This document shows, piece by piece, positions 1-8,483 of a DNA stretch of 64,000 bases. The notes beneath the pieces were generated by a model that worked only from the letters and a program-made list of their open reading frames with translations, searched no databases and was not told the origin of the DNA. The DNA comes from Candidatus Woesearchaeota archaeon (GTDB lineage: Archaea; Nanobdellota; Nanobdellia; Pacearchaeales; GW2011-AR1). Made by a program: the position numbers and the translations under genes. How positions within the stretch are numbered: position 1 is the stretch's first letter; the number at the start of each line of letters is the position of its first letter. The stretch spans positions 41,185 through 105,184 of the forward strand of contig CAZJAO010000001.1 of NCBI GenBank assembly GCA_964544395.1. The letters are read 5' to 3'.

Positions 1-68
1 AACTATCAGAAATCCAAATCAGCAGCAAAAATCATCAATGGATTATTCAAACTATATAAGAAATTAAT

Positions 69-350
69 TTACTTAGAAGTATTAGCTAATTGACTGCATA
101 ATTGTGGAGGTATCAATGTTACAGTCTGATTTGTTCCCGGAATAGGAAGCTGTATGTAACCTGCAGAATTGACTTGTGCAAGTATTGCATTCAAAATCTT
201 AAGATCTTCCTGGCTTGTAGCATCAGTCTGTATTTTTGTAACATAACCACTATAAGAAGGTTTAATTACAAAAGCATAAACAAATATCGCAGCTAGGACA
301 ATTACCACTGCAACAAGAATAACGGTAATCCTCGACTTTTTTTCACTCAT
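69..350 (-). CDS. hypothetical small membrane-anchored protein (single N-terminal TM helix)
   Basis: ATG start; hydrophobic stretch ITVILVAVVIVLAAIFVYAFVI after a basic N-terminus; no recognisable family. Confidence 0.4.
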   Translation of the reverse strand: MSEKKSRITVILVAVVIVLAAIFVYAFVIKPSYSGYVTKIQTDATSQEDLKILNAILAQVNSAGYIQLPIPGTNQTVTLIPPQLCSQLANTSK

Positions 351-408
351 GATTTAAATAAATTTATAACCTATTTAAATATTTCTTTAGTGTAAAGATT
401 GCTTTAAA

Positions 409-690
409 ATGGAAGACAGAATAACTATCGAGAAGCTCAAAAAGTATTTTGATTTGACAACAAGAGCTCTGGAAGAGATTAAGAAGAAAATCGTAAAAAA
501 CAAGAAGAAAGGAGCAAAAGAGATAATTGAGATGGCTTCAAACTATCTTTCAGATGCCCATTATTTTGAAAAGAAAAAAGACTTTGTGAATGCTTTCGCA
601 TCATTGAATTATGCCCATGGCTGGATAGATTCGGGGGTAAGATTGGGAATTTTTGATGTTCATGATAACAAACTGTTTACAATTAGATAG
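409..690 (+). CDS. small conserved archaeal protein, possibly DUF357-like
   Basis: 93 aa; motif ...LNYAHGWIDSGVRLGIF... resembles small archaeal DUF357-type proteins from memory (unverified); ATG start directly upstream of the UMP kinase gene. Confidence 0.35.
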   Translation: MEDRITIEKLKKYFDLTTRALEEIKKKIVKNKKKGAKEIIEMASNYLSDAHYFEKKKDFVNAFASLNYAHGWIDSGVRLGIFDVHDNKLFTIR

Positions 691-720
691 AAATAAAAAT
701 CCCTTACGCATTATAATAAA

Positions 721-1407
721 ATGAAAGAGGTCAAAGTTATCAGTCTTGGCGGAAGCCTGGTTGTTCCGGAGAAGATTGATATAAAATTTCTAAGAGAGTT
801 TAAAGGAATTATTAATAAGAATAAGTCAAAATACAAGTTTATAATTGTCTGTGGCGGAGGAACTGTCGCGAGGAAATATATTTCTGCATTAAAAGATTTT
901 GGATTGAATGAAAAGTTTCAGGATTTTTCAGGAATATCTGCAACAAGAATGAATGCAAGATTTATGAGTTACATTTTTGGTTTCAATCCTGAAAAAGGAA
1001 TTCCCCATAAATTAAGTGAAATTGAAAATCTTATCAGAAAGCAGGATTTAGTTTTCTGTGGTGCTCTCGAATATAAACCGCGTGAAACATCAGATTCAAC
1101 GGCAGTAGAAATTGCGAGGCATTTTCATACAGATTTCATAAATCTAACAAATGTAAATGGTTTGCACGATAAAAATCCAAAAGAATTCAAGAATTCAAAA
1201 TTCATCTCGGAAATTTCATGGAGAGGTTTATATAAGATGGCAACACAAAAAGAGTTCAAGCCGGGGCAGCATTTCGTAATAGACCAAACTGCCTCAAGGA
1301 TTATGATGGAGAGTAAAATCACAACTTACATATTGGGAAAAAATCCGAAGCAATTGGACAATCTTCTTAACAGCAGAAAATTTACAGGGACAGTTGTTAA
1401 GGGCTAA
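721..1407 (+). CDS. pyrH: UMP kinase (amino-acid kinase family, archaeal type)
   Basis: N-terminal VISLGGSLV and IVCGGGTVAR glycine-rich nucleotide/phosphate-binding motifs; 228 aa, typical of archaeal UMP kinase. Confidence 0.75.
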   Translation: MKEVKVISLGGSLVVPEKIDIKFLREFKGIINKNKSKYKFIIVCGGGTVARKYISALKDFGLNEKFQDFSGISATRMNARFMSYIFGFNPEKGIPHKLSEIENLIRKQDLVFCGALEYKPRETSDSTAVEIARHFHTDFINLTNVNGLHDKNPKEFKNSKFISEISWRGLYKMATQKEFKPGQHFVIDQTASRIMMESKITTYILGKNPKQLDNLLNSRKFTGTVVKG

Positions 1408-1893
1408 TTATCCAAAATATCTGCTGCTGGATTTATCCTCTTCGTTATCTTTAACGTTTTTCAGTTTACTGAGGATAGGAATTAATTCTTTTTTGATATT
1501 TTGCCAGGAATAATAGACTTTTCCAATGAATTCAGCATCTTTGCTTTCCGAAGATTCTATATCAAGTTTGATTAATTCCAAATCAATTTCTGACAATTTA
1601 ACATAAATGTCGGTAAGTTTCTTTTTGTCATCCGAACTCATAGATTTTATGACCGAGAAAATGAACATTGGCGCATTTGCAGGATTAAGCAAAGTTTCGA
1701 TAAATCTGAGATAATTAAAGATTTTGTCTGCGATATATCTTCTGATTTCCCTAGTTAAAATTTCTGTTTCTGAATCAGCAATTTTTTCTATTGAAAATTC
1801 CTGATTCATCAATTCAAAATTAGGAAGATTGTATCTTTCCTGTAATTTCTTGTATTGCACTTTCACTTCATTTAAATCATATTCTTTAGCCAT
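1408..1893 (-). CDS. hypothetical protein
   Basis: 161-aa ORF with ATG start, charged/helical, no recognisable motif; abuts the pyrH stop. Confidence 0.4.
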   Translation of the reverse strand: MAKEYDLNEVKVQYKKLQERYNLPNFELMNQEFSIEKIADSETEILTREIRRYIADKIFNYLRFIETLLNPANAPMFIFSVIKSMSSDDKKKLTDIYVKLSEIDLELIKLDIESSESKDAEFIGKVYYSWQNIKKELIPILSKLKNVKDNEEDKSSSRYFG

Positions 1894-1922
1894 AGTCCAA
1901 AGAAGAGGAATAGTTTATAAAT

Positions 1923-2555
1923 TTATTTAGAAGGAATTGAGGAAATAAGTGAATTTAATTCACTATAATCTTTTTGAACAAGCTTGTCTCTTTCAGCAGT
2001 CAAATTCTCTGTGAGGGCTTGAATTATAGAATATAAAGAACCAGAAGATAAGTTCTCAATATTTAGGTAATTAATTTCTTTCTCTCCTTTTTTAGATGGA
2101 ATTCTTACTGAAAAAGATAAACCATCAGCACCTTCAGAAACCTTATACTCTATATTGTTTGAATATACTATAGCTCTTCCAGTTCTTGCAATTGTTCCAA
2201 AAGGATTATAAAACTCCATGGTTGCGGGAACTCTCTTAAAAGCATTCACGAAATCATTTGCTTGCTGCTGTAAATAATTCTTAGTCATGTTATCAAAGAA
2301 GTTTTGTTGAACAGGAGTAACCTTGTCTCCTTCATAAACTGAAGCCACTTGTGCATCAGCAGGCCATTCCTTAACAACATCAACTACTCCATCTCTTTTC
2401 TTATCCTCAAATTGCAAAATAGAACCGCTTGGAGTAACTGCAGTGAATTCAGTCCAGTCTCCTTTAGAATTCAATGTAAATGGATTAGACTGAGAAAATG
2501 CAGCCGTTGCTGCACCAGCCAATAAAAGTGTGATAAGAGGTAATATTTTTCCCAT
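1923..2555 (-). CDS. secreted/extracellular hypothetical protein
   Basis: signal-peptide-like N-terminus MGKILPLITLLLAGAATAAFSQS; 210 aa. Confidence 0.45.
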   Translation of the reverse strand: MGKILPLITLLLAGAATAAFSQSNPFTLNSKGDWTEFTAVTPSGSILQFEDKKRDGVVDVVKEWPADAQVASVYEGDKVTPVQQNFFDNMTKNYLQQQANDFVNAFKRVPATMEFYNPFGTIARTGRAIVYSNNIEYKVSEGADGLSFSVRIPSKKGEKEINYLNIENLSSGSLYSIIQALTENLTAERDKLVQKDYSELNSLISSIPSK

Positions 2556-2611
2556 ATCCGATTTAAAACAAATCTTCTTTTAAACATATATGGTGCATGA
2601 AATATACTTCA

Positions 2612-2685
2612 AGCCTCAGCTGAGAATCGAACTCAGGACCTCGACATTACCAATGTCGCGCTCTAACCGTCTGAGCTACTGAGGC
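2612..2685 (-). tRNA. tRNA-Thr (anticodon GGU)
   Basis: reverse complement folds as a cloverleaf: acceptor GCCTCAG/CTGAGGC, D-arm GCTC-AGACGGTTA-GAGC, anticodon arm CGACA-TTGGTAA-TGTCG (anticodon GGT), T-arm CTGAG-TTCGATT-CTCAG, discriminator U; TATA-like TTTTATAAAA centred about 27 nt upstream (2707-2717). Confidence 0.85.
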
Positions 2686-2717
2686 ATCAAGTAGCGAATA
2701 AATCGGGTTTTATAAAA

Positions 2718-2768
2718 TTAAGGGAAAGTCAAGCGAAGAAAACCGCAGGTTGTCTCGCTGAGCTACCG
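2718..2768 (-). repeat. copy A of a conserved ~50-nt intergenic motif (family A/B/C), read in the sense of the downstream tRNA-Thr
   Basis: plus strand ttaagggaaagtcaagcgaagaaaaccgcaggttgtctcgctgagctacc; about 85% identical to 7005-7056 over ~50 nt; 3' half shared with 15451-15487; lies immediately upstream of the tRNA-Thr TATA box. Confidence 0.6.
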
Positions 2769-2861
2769 AAGCGCAAACGTTAAAGCTATTTCAGAAAAAG
2801 CAGATTAAAAAGTTTCGTATTATCTATTTTAAAGGAGAGTAAGGAGAAACTTGGTTCTCCT

Positions 2862-3155
2862 CTATCTTTTCTTATTGAATAACTTCAAAAATAAAAATGT
2901 TACAAGAGTGATTAAGAATGCGGCGCTTATGACTCCAAATCCTAGCATGAAGACAAAGAATAAACTTTGATAAACTCCGCTTAGGAAGCTATACAAAACT
3001 AAAGAAACAAGGAATAAAATTACAAAGACAATCAGATTTGTGAAAACAATCTTTATACTTGCCTGATGCTTGCCTCTTGCATATGAAACATTTCTTCTAG
3101 CTCTTGAATGAGTTGTTTTTCTAGAAGTTGTCTTTCTCCCTCTTTTTCTAGCCAT
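2862..3155 (-). CDS. hypothetical membrane protein (basic N-terminus, 2 TM helices)
   Basis: MARKRGRKTTSRK... followed by two hydrophobic helices; ATG start. Confidence 0.45.
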   Translation of the reverse strand: MARKRGRKTTSRKTTHSRARRNVSYARGKHQASIKIVFTNLIVFVILFLVSLVLYSFLSGVYQSLFFVFMLGFGVISAAFLITLVTFLFLKLFNKKR

Positions 3156-3194
3156 TAATATATATAATAGAAAATAGTATTTAAATCTTACGAA

Positions 3195-3374
3195 TTACTC
3201 CGTGTCCGAGAATGATTCTTGCTGCAGCATGTTCATCAAATGAAATTCCCGTCGTTCCTCAATGAAATCCAAATCAGATAATGATTTTTTCTCTTCCGCT
3301 TCTTTTTTTGCCAATTTGTCTGCAACTTTCCACATCTCCTCATAGGTTTCAGGAGGAACAATATTATTTGACAT
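3195..3374 (-). CDS. hypothetical small acidic protein (59 aa; below the ORF-track length cutoff)
   Basis: manual translation of the minus strand gives MSNNIVPPETYEEMWKVADKLAKKEAEEKKSLSDLDFIEERREFHLMNMLQQESFSDTE; no clear SD. Confidence 0.25.
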   Translation of the reverse strand: MSNNIVPPETYEEMWKVADKLAKKEAEEKKSLSDLDFIEERREFHLMNMLQQESFSDTE

Positions 3375-3419
3375 AATTAATTTATTTCTTCGAACTTTTT
3401 ATATTTATATGCCCAATTA

Positions 3420-3623
3420 TCAACTATTTGGAGTCCAGTTTAATTTCACAGCCTGCCCAGTAACTGTAAGAAGATTATTGTATAACGTGCTTATCCAATC
3501 AGAAGAAAGTTGAAAAAATTTCTGCACATTATCCGGCTTGTACATCGCCAGATTGTTATTACTTATAATTAATAAAACCCCAAAAATCAGAACTATAAAA
3601 ATAAACAAAAAAGTTCTTCCCAT
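3420..3623 (-). CDS. hypothetical small membrane protein
   Basis: N-terminal TM helix; C-terminal ...NWTPNS similar to the C-terminus (...NWAAN...) of the upstream paralogous ORF. Confidence 0.35.
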   Translation of the reverse strand: MGRTFLFIFIVLIFGVLLIISNNNLAMYKPDNVQKFFQLSSDWISTLYNNLLTVTGQAVKLNWTPNS

Positions 3624-3624
3624 G

Positions 3625-3945
3625 TTATCCCGAGGAATTAGTGGAGTTTACAGAAGTATTCGCTGCCCAGTTCATGTTAATTGCATTCGTTGTAATTGAT
3701 TTGAAATTTACAAAAACAGAACCCAGCCATGCAAAATAAGTGCCTCCTGCTTGACTTATGCCATTAATAGAAGATAAATCAAGAGGTTTGTTATGAAATA
3801 CAAATGTAAAGCTAAAGTAAAGGAAAAGCAATAAACCAATTAAGAAAATTGCAAGAAGCCTGTGTCTAAACCTCTTTAATTCAAGGAATACCCAGATAGC
3901 AACAATGAGAACACCAATCCCTATTAAGGTTATAGTTAAATCCAT
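3625..3945 (-). CDS. hypothetical membrane protein (tandem paralog of 3420-3623)
   Basis: two TM helices; 1-nt spacing to the next ORF in a different frame; could be a tandem pair or one frameshifted gene. Confidence 0.35.
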   Translation of the reverse strand: MDLTITLIGIGVLIVAIWVFLELKRFRHRLLAIFLIGLLLFLYFSFTFVFHNKPLDLSSINGISQAGGTYFAWLGSVFVNFKSITTNAINMNWAANTSVNSTNSSG

Positions 3946-4020
3946 AGATAAAATAATGAAGGGTAATATAAAAATATTTCCTTAAGATAAATTTTTATAC
4001 AATCCTGATTAAGGATATTC

Positions 4021-5463
4021 ATGGAAAAATTCTATGTTACAACGCCAATTTATTATCCGAATGACATACCGCATATTGGGCATGCTTACACAACCATAGC
4101 AGCAGATATCGTAGCAAGATGGAACAAGCTTCTTGGAAAAAAGGTTTTCTTTCTTACAGGAACAGATGAGCATGGAAAAAAGATAGAAACGATTGCAAAA
4201 GAGAAAAACAAAACGCCGCAGGAATTTGTTGATGAACTGGTTCCAAAATTTAAGGAAGCGTGGAAAAAATTAAACATAGATTATGACTATTTCATTAGAA
4301 CCACAAACCCCGAGCATGAAAAAGTTGTAAAAGAAGTTTTGCAAAAAGTTTACGATAAGAGAGATATTTATTTAGGGGAATATGAAGGGCTTTATTGTAC
4401 TGCCTGCGAAGCTTATTACACTGAAAAAGATTTAATAAATAATTGCTGTCCGATTCACAAAAGACCTGTTGAAAAATTGAAAGAACCAAGTTATTTCTTC
4501 GGATTAAGCAAATACAAAGACCGGCTTCTCGAATTCTATAAAAAAAATCCCAATTTCATTTCTCCAGATTATAGAAGAAAAGAAATTATCAATCGTGTTG
4601 AGGAAGGATTGCAGGATTTGAGCATTTCAAGAACGAGTTTTGATTGGGGAATAAAATTGCCTTTCAACAAACAGCATATAACTTATGTTTGGTTTGATGC
4701 CTTGATAAATTATTATTCTGCAACAAGAGAAAAAGGAAAAAGCAGCTTCTGGCCCGCTGATTTGCATTTGATAGGAAAAGATATTCTTTGGTTCCATGCA
4801 GTTTATTGGCCTGCTATGTTGATGTCCGCAGGAATCAAATTGCCAAAGAAAATTTTCGCCCATGGATGGTGGACATTCAATAAAGAAAAAATCTCCAAAT
4901 CTCGGGGAAAAGTTATCAATGTAAATGAATTAATTGAAATTGCAGGCGTTGATTCTGCAAGATATTTCTTGTTCAGGAATACGGCATTTGGTGAAGATGG
5001 AGATTTCTCGAAAGAAGATTTGATTTCAAGGCATAATAATGAGTTAGCAGATAAATTAGGAAATCTCACGAGAAGAGTTGCAGGATTAGCAGAGAAATAT
5101 GGAATTTCCAAAACAAAAAATTCATTGCTTAAAGATTTGAAATTAAAAGAAATCAAAAGCAAAATGGAAAATCTTGAATTGGACAAAGTCCTAAATTTAA
5201 TTTTTGAATTTATAGACAAATGCAATGAATATGTCCAACAAAAGAAGCCATGGGAAACATTCAGCACAACTGTCTTGTATGAAGTCGCAGATTCAATTAA
5301 AGCAATTGCAATTTTGCTATGGCCATTCATTCCAGAAACTTCTGAAAAGATAGCAAAGCAATTTGGTTTCAAGATTAAAAAAGGAAGCCTAGAAGAAATA
5401 AAGAAACCATTGAAAATTGGAAAAATTCAAAAAGGAGAAATACTCTTCAAAAAGATAGAATAA
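4021..5463 (+). CDS. metG: methionyl-tRNA synthetase catalytic core (class I aaRS)
   Basis: HIGH motif (IPHIGHAYTTIAADI), KMSKS motif (KISKSRG), CxxC zinc knuckle (CTACEAY...CCPIHK); 480 aa. Confidence 0.9.
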   Translation: MEKFYVTTPIYYPNDIPHIGHAYTTIAADIVARWNKLLGKKVFFLTGTDEHGKKIETIAKEKNKTPQEFVDELVPKFKEAWKKLNIDYDYFIRTTNPEHEKVVKEVLQKVYDKRDIYLGEYEGLYCTACEAYYTEKDLINNCCPIHKRPVEKLKEPSYFFGLSKYKDRLLEFYKKNPNFISPDYRRKEIINRVEEGLQDLSISRTSFDWGIKLPFNKQHITYVWFDALINYYSATREKGKSSFWPADLHLIGKDILWFHAVYWPAMLMSAGIKLPKKIFAHGWWTFNKEKISKSRGKVINVNELIEIAGVDSARYFLFRNTAFGEDGDFSKEDLISRHNNELADKLGNLTRRVAGLAEKYGISKTKNSLLKDLKLKEIKSKMENLELDKVLNLIFEFIDKCNEYVQQKKPWETFSTTVLYEVADSIKAIAILLWPFIPETSEKIAKQFGFKIKKGSLEEIKKPLKIGKIQKGEILFKKIE

Positions 5464-5464
5464 A

Positions 5465-5809
5465 ATGACAGAAGGAATAATAGATTTCAGCCACTGGGAA
5501 AAAATAGATTTGCGAGTTGGAAAAATTGTGAAGGTTGAAGATATTGAAGGTGCTGACAAGCTTTACAAATTAACAGTAGATTTGGGAAAAGAAATTGGAA
5601 AGAGAACAGTCTGCGCTGGAATTAAAAGACATTATTCAAAAGAAGATTTGAAGAACAAGAAAATAATTTTATTTGTGAACCTCGCACCAAGAATGTTAAA
5701 GGGAATAGAAAGTCAGGGGATGATTCTTGCAGCAGTTAACAAAGATGAAAGCAAGGTTATTCTCTTAACACCAGAAAAGGATATTGAAGTTGGCAGCAAA
5801 GTGAGATAA
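5465..5809 (+). CDS. tRNA-binding domain protein (Trbp111/EMAP-like; the MetRS C-terminal domain encoded as a separate ORF)
   Basis: IDFSHWEKIDLRVGKIVKVEDIEGADKLYKLTVDLGKE...CAGIK matches the OB-fold tRNA-binding domain usually fused to the MetRS C-terminus; starts 1 nt after the metG stop in the +1 frame (taaaATG). Confidence 0.75.
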   Translation: MTEGIIDFSHWEKIDLRVGKIVKVEDIEGADKLYKLTVDLGKEIGKRTVCAGIKRHYSKEDLKNKKIILFVNLAPRMLKGIESQGMILAAVNKDESKVILLTPEKDIEVGSKVR

Positions 5810-6240
5810 TGGTTTCCAAAAAGCTATTTGATATTACTATTTATGAAACAGATAATTTTGAAGTTAACCAGGATTGGGAAGTCCCAATTCCAGGATTTTT
5901 CATCTTATCCCCTAAAAATAAAATAAAGTCAATAACAGAGTTTACAGATGGCGAATCCCATGAATTAATTGACATTCTTCGCAAAATCCGTAATGCTATG
6001 AGGACCGTTCTTAAAATTAAAGAAGTCTCTATTTTTCAAGAGGAAAAAACCAAATTCAATTTCCATATTTGGATTCTCCCTCAATATGATTGGATGAAAG
6101 AAAATTCATTAAAAGAAATTCTAAAGTATGCACAAAAAAATATGAAATCATCCAAAAACATGAAAGAGGTTAAAGAGGCGGCTGAGAAAGTCAAAGAATA
6201 CTTATCTTCTTCTCAAATTTCTGAAAACCCGGTCCAATAA
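5809..6240 (+). CDS. HIT-like superfamily protein (degenerate histidine triad)
   Basis: ...FHIWILP in the position of the HxHxHxx triad; size and hydrophobic pattern fit a HIT/GalT-like fold; weak call. Confidence 0.3.
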   Translation: MVSKKLFDITIYETDNFEVNQDWEVPIPGFFILSPKNKIKSITEFTDGESHELIDILRKIRNAMRTVLKIKEVSIFQEEKTKFNFHIWILPQYDWMKENSLKEILKYAQKNMKSSKNMKEVKEAAEKVKEYLSSSQISENPVQ

Positions 6241-6975
6241 GCTTTCCCTGTCTTTTCGGGAGTCATAATCTATATTCATTATCTTTGCCGCAATTTCTTT
6301 GTAAGCGCGTGAAGGCTTGCTCTTTGGATAAACATTGACGACTGCATCTTTCATGTTAATTGCTCTTTTTACAACCATATCTTCAGGAATCATTCCAAGA
6401 ATAGGAATTTCAAGCATTTCTTTTACTGTTTCTGGTTGCATTTCAATATCGTCTTTTCTTACTCTCGTAACAATTGTTCCCATAACAGGAATTCTCATTT
6501 GCTCTGCAAGCTTGACAGTCTTTAGTGCATCGGTTATCGCAGCAATCTCAGGATTTGTGACAATAATCAATTCATCAGCCATTTCCATGACAGAAGTTGC
6601 TTCACTTCCAAGTCCGGCTGAACTATCAACAATAACATAATCAGCAATTCTCTTGAAATCATCTTTGAAATCTTTTATTTTGTTCGGCTTTATCTTTCTA
6701 AGTTCTCTTACAGATAAAGAAGAAGGCATAATCTTCATTCCCGATTCATGTTCATAAACAGCCTCATAAGGCTCTGCTTTTCTCAAAAGAACATGATTAA
6801 GGTTTATTGGAACTTCCGGAGAGTTAAGATGTATTCCGATATTTGGAGTAGATAAGTTCCCATCAATAACAAGAACATTTCCGCCAAAATGATTAATTGC
6901 GGCACCGAGATTTATTGCGGTGGTCGTCTTTCCAACTCCCCCCTTACCAGAAGTGATAACAATAAGTCTTTTCAT
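6202..6975 (-). CDS. minD: MinD/ParA-family P-loop ATPase (archaeal MinD-like)
   Basis: deviant Walker A ITSGKGGVGKTTTAINLGAAI at the N-terminus; 257 aa. Confidence 0.85.
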   Translation of the reverse strand: MKRLIVITSGKGGVGKTTTAINLGAAINHFGGNVLVIDGNLSTPNIGIHLNSPEVPINLNHVLLRKAEPYEAVYEHESGMKIMPSSLSVRELRKIKPNKIKDFKDDFKRIADYVIVDSSAGLGSEATSVMEMADELIIVTNPEIAAITDALKTVKLAEQMRIPVMGTIVTRVRKDDIEMQPETVKEMLEIPILGMIPEDMVVKRAINMKDAVVNVYPKSKPSRAYKEIAAKIMNIDYDSRKDRESLLDRVFRNLRRR

Positions 6976-7004
6976 TTTAAATCCATAAGAACAATTTCAC
7001 TTTC

Positions 7005-7056
7005 TTGAGGGAAAGTTAAGCGAAGGAAACCGTAGGTGTCCTCGCGGTTCTACTTA
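7005..7056 (-). repeat. copy B of the conserved intergenic motif, read in the sense of the downstream minD
   Basis: plus strand ttgagggaaagttaagcgaaggaaaccgtaggtgtcctcgcggttctac; overlaps the stop of ORF 7050-7490 and ends ~25 nt upstream of the minD ATG. Confidence 0.6.
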
Positions 7057-7490
7057 CTAAGAAATTGCCTCGTCGTACTTATAAATCTTTCCAGCATGCT
7101 AGCATAAATTTTTAATTTCTCGAGATTAATATCAACCTCTTCCCCACGATAAATTACTTTAAGAGTAACATTCTTTCTGAATTCGCCGATTCTTTCTTTT
7201 CTAAGCTCTTCAAGTTTTCGCAGCATTTCGTAAACATCAATGACTTCAAGAAAATCTTTATCTTTCTTGAAAAGTTTTTTCACTTCTTCCATTTTTGCTA
7301 GAGGGCTTGATGGAATCACAGAGATCTTTTTCTTTGTTTTTGCATGAGCAAGAATTTCTTCAATGCTTGTTTCAATCATTCTTCGCCATCTCAGAAGCAG
7401 ATTAACAATCACATCACAGGTTTTTGTATACTTGAGACTAACATAAAGTAGATGATCTGCCCTAATCTTTTCCTGAATTATATCTTCCAT
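7050..7490 (-). CDS. hypothetical protein
   Basis: 146 aa, ATG start, helical/charged; no recognisable motif. Confidence 0.4.
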   Translation of the reverse strand: MEDIIQEKIRADHLLYVSLKYTKTCDVIVNLLLRWRRMIETSIEEILAHAKTKKKISVIPSSPLAKMEEVKKLFKKDKDFLEVIDVYEMLRKLEELRKERIGEFRKNVTLKVIYRGEEVDINLEKLKIYASMLERFISTTRQFLSK

Positions 7491-7569
7491 TCCTAAAGAG
7501 AACTAAAGTTTAGTAGTAAAATGGTATTTTTATATTTTCCTATTTTATACTATCAGGTAATGGTAAAAG

Positions 7570-7899
7570 TTAGTTTGATAATTTAAAGATGGCTTCTGCC
7601 AAATCGCCGGTCTCAGCCAGTGCTTCCTGCGCTTCTTTTTCGCTGCATCCAGTTTTTTCCATTATGGTCTTTATATCATCATCGGAGAATTTATCGTCGC
7701 TGATTTCCTGGATGTCTCCTGTAATTTGCAAGCTCTCCTGACCTTGCATCTTCATTTTCATAACAGAAGGATTTTCAATTACCAGTTTTCCCCCATCATT
7801 TTTCTCAATTATGACTCTCGAAGCATCTATTTCTTCCTGGGAAAGCCCCATTTGTTTCATTACTGCTTGCATTTTTTTGGGATCAATATTTGGAAACAT
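7570..7899 (-). CDS. nac: nascent polypeptide-associated complex alpha subunit (NAC domain plus C-terminal UBA)
   Basis: MFPNIDPKKMQAVMKQMGLSQEEIDA... N-terminus and a UBA-like C-terminus (CSEKEAQEALAETGDLAEAI); the ORF-track start at 7914 is GTG, so the ATG at 7899 is used. Confidence 0.8.
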   Translation of the reverse strand: MFPNIDPKKMQAVMKQMGLSQEEIDASRVIIEKNDGGKLVIENPSVMKMKMQGQESLQITGDIQEISDDKFSDDDIKTIMEKTGCSEKEAQEALAETGDLAEAIFKLSN

Positions 7900-8244
7900 G
7901 ATAACTGATAACACAAATGGTTAAAAAATCTTTTTATTGCTCTTATTTATGAGCCCAATAAGACTAACAGAACACTCTGATGGTAATCTATATTCTGGAA
8001 TAACAAAAGTAGTAGTAAAAAGAGCATATGGGGGGGGCGAAATCTCCCTTGATACTTTTTCAGTAAAAGATTTAGAAAGAGCAATTTCAGACAAAACAAA
8101 AGAATTCAAGGCAAATGCATATGAACCCCTCAAAGCTAATCTTGTGAATTGGAGCGGGGAATATCACGGTCAATTCCGTTTTTATGAAATTGACAAATCT
8201 GCTTTAACAAGAAAAAAACTAGAACTATATTAGCAATTCTATTA

Positions 8245-8406
8245 TTAAATCTTAACAGTCAATCCAAGTACTATTCTAAAACCAACTAAAAGTATCAAAA
8301 AGAAAATCACGTGCATCGGTTTAAGATTGAACAAGCTGGAATATTCTTCCTTGAATCTTACAAGCCCCCCATAACCAGAAGGTAAATTTATGCTTTCATC
8401 TGCCAT
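8245..8406 (-). CDS. preprotein translocase Sec61-beta subunit (archaeal SecG/Sec-beta), 53 aa
   Basis: manual translation gives MADESINLPSGYGGLVRFKEEYSSLFNLKPMHVIFFLILLVGFRIVLGLTVKI; has the conserved GLxRF/Y motif followed by a single C-terminal TM helix; below the ORF-track size cutoff. Confidence 0.6.
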   Translation of the reverse strand: MADESINLPSGYGGLVRFKEEYSSLFNLKPMHVIFFLILLVGFRIVLGLTVKI

Positions 8407-8483
8407 GATATTACAATCTTAAAAGGGTATAAAAAAGTTTTGTATCCGATAAGTTTTATAATATTGAAATTATAGATAAGTGT

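Noticed and set aside
2751-2775. Second tRNA or split-tRNA half next to tRNA-Thr (gctgagctaccgaagcgc resembles a tRNA 5' acceptor/D-arm in reverse complement)
   Set aside because: No D-stem complement, anticodon arm or T-arm can be folded. The segment is better explained as part of the repeated intergenic motif (copy A).
4086-5372. Antisense ORFs inside metG (4086-4277, 4295-4489, 4627-4863, 4803-5372); similar shadow ORFs inside valS, cdc48, aRF1, polB and lhr
   Set aside because: They are low-complexity, lack starts with SDs, and fall entirely inside strongly supported genes on the other strand. These are typical AT-rich shadow ORFs.
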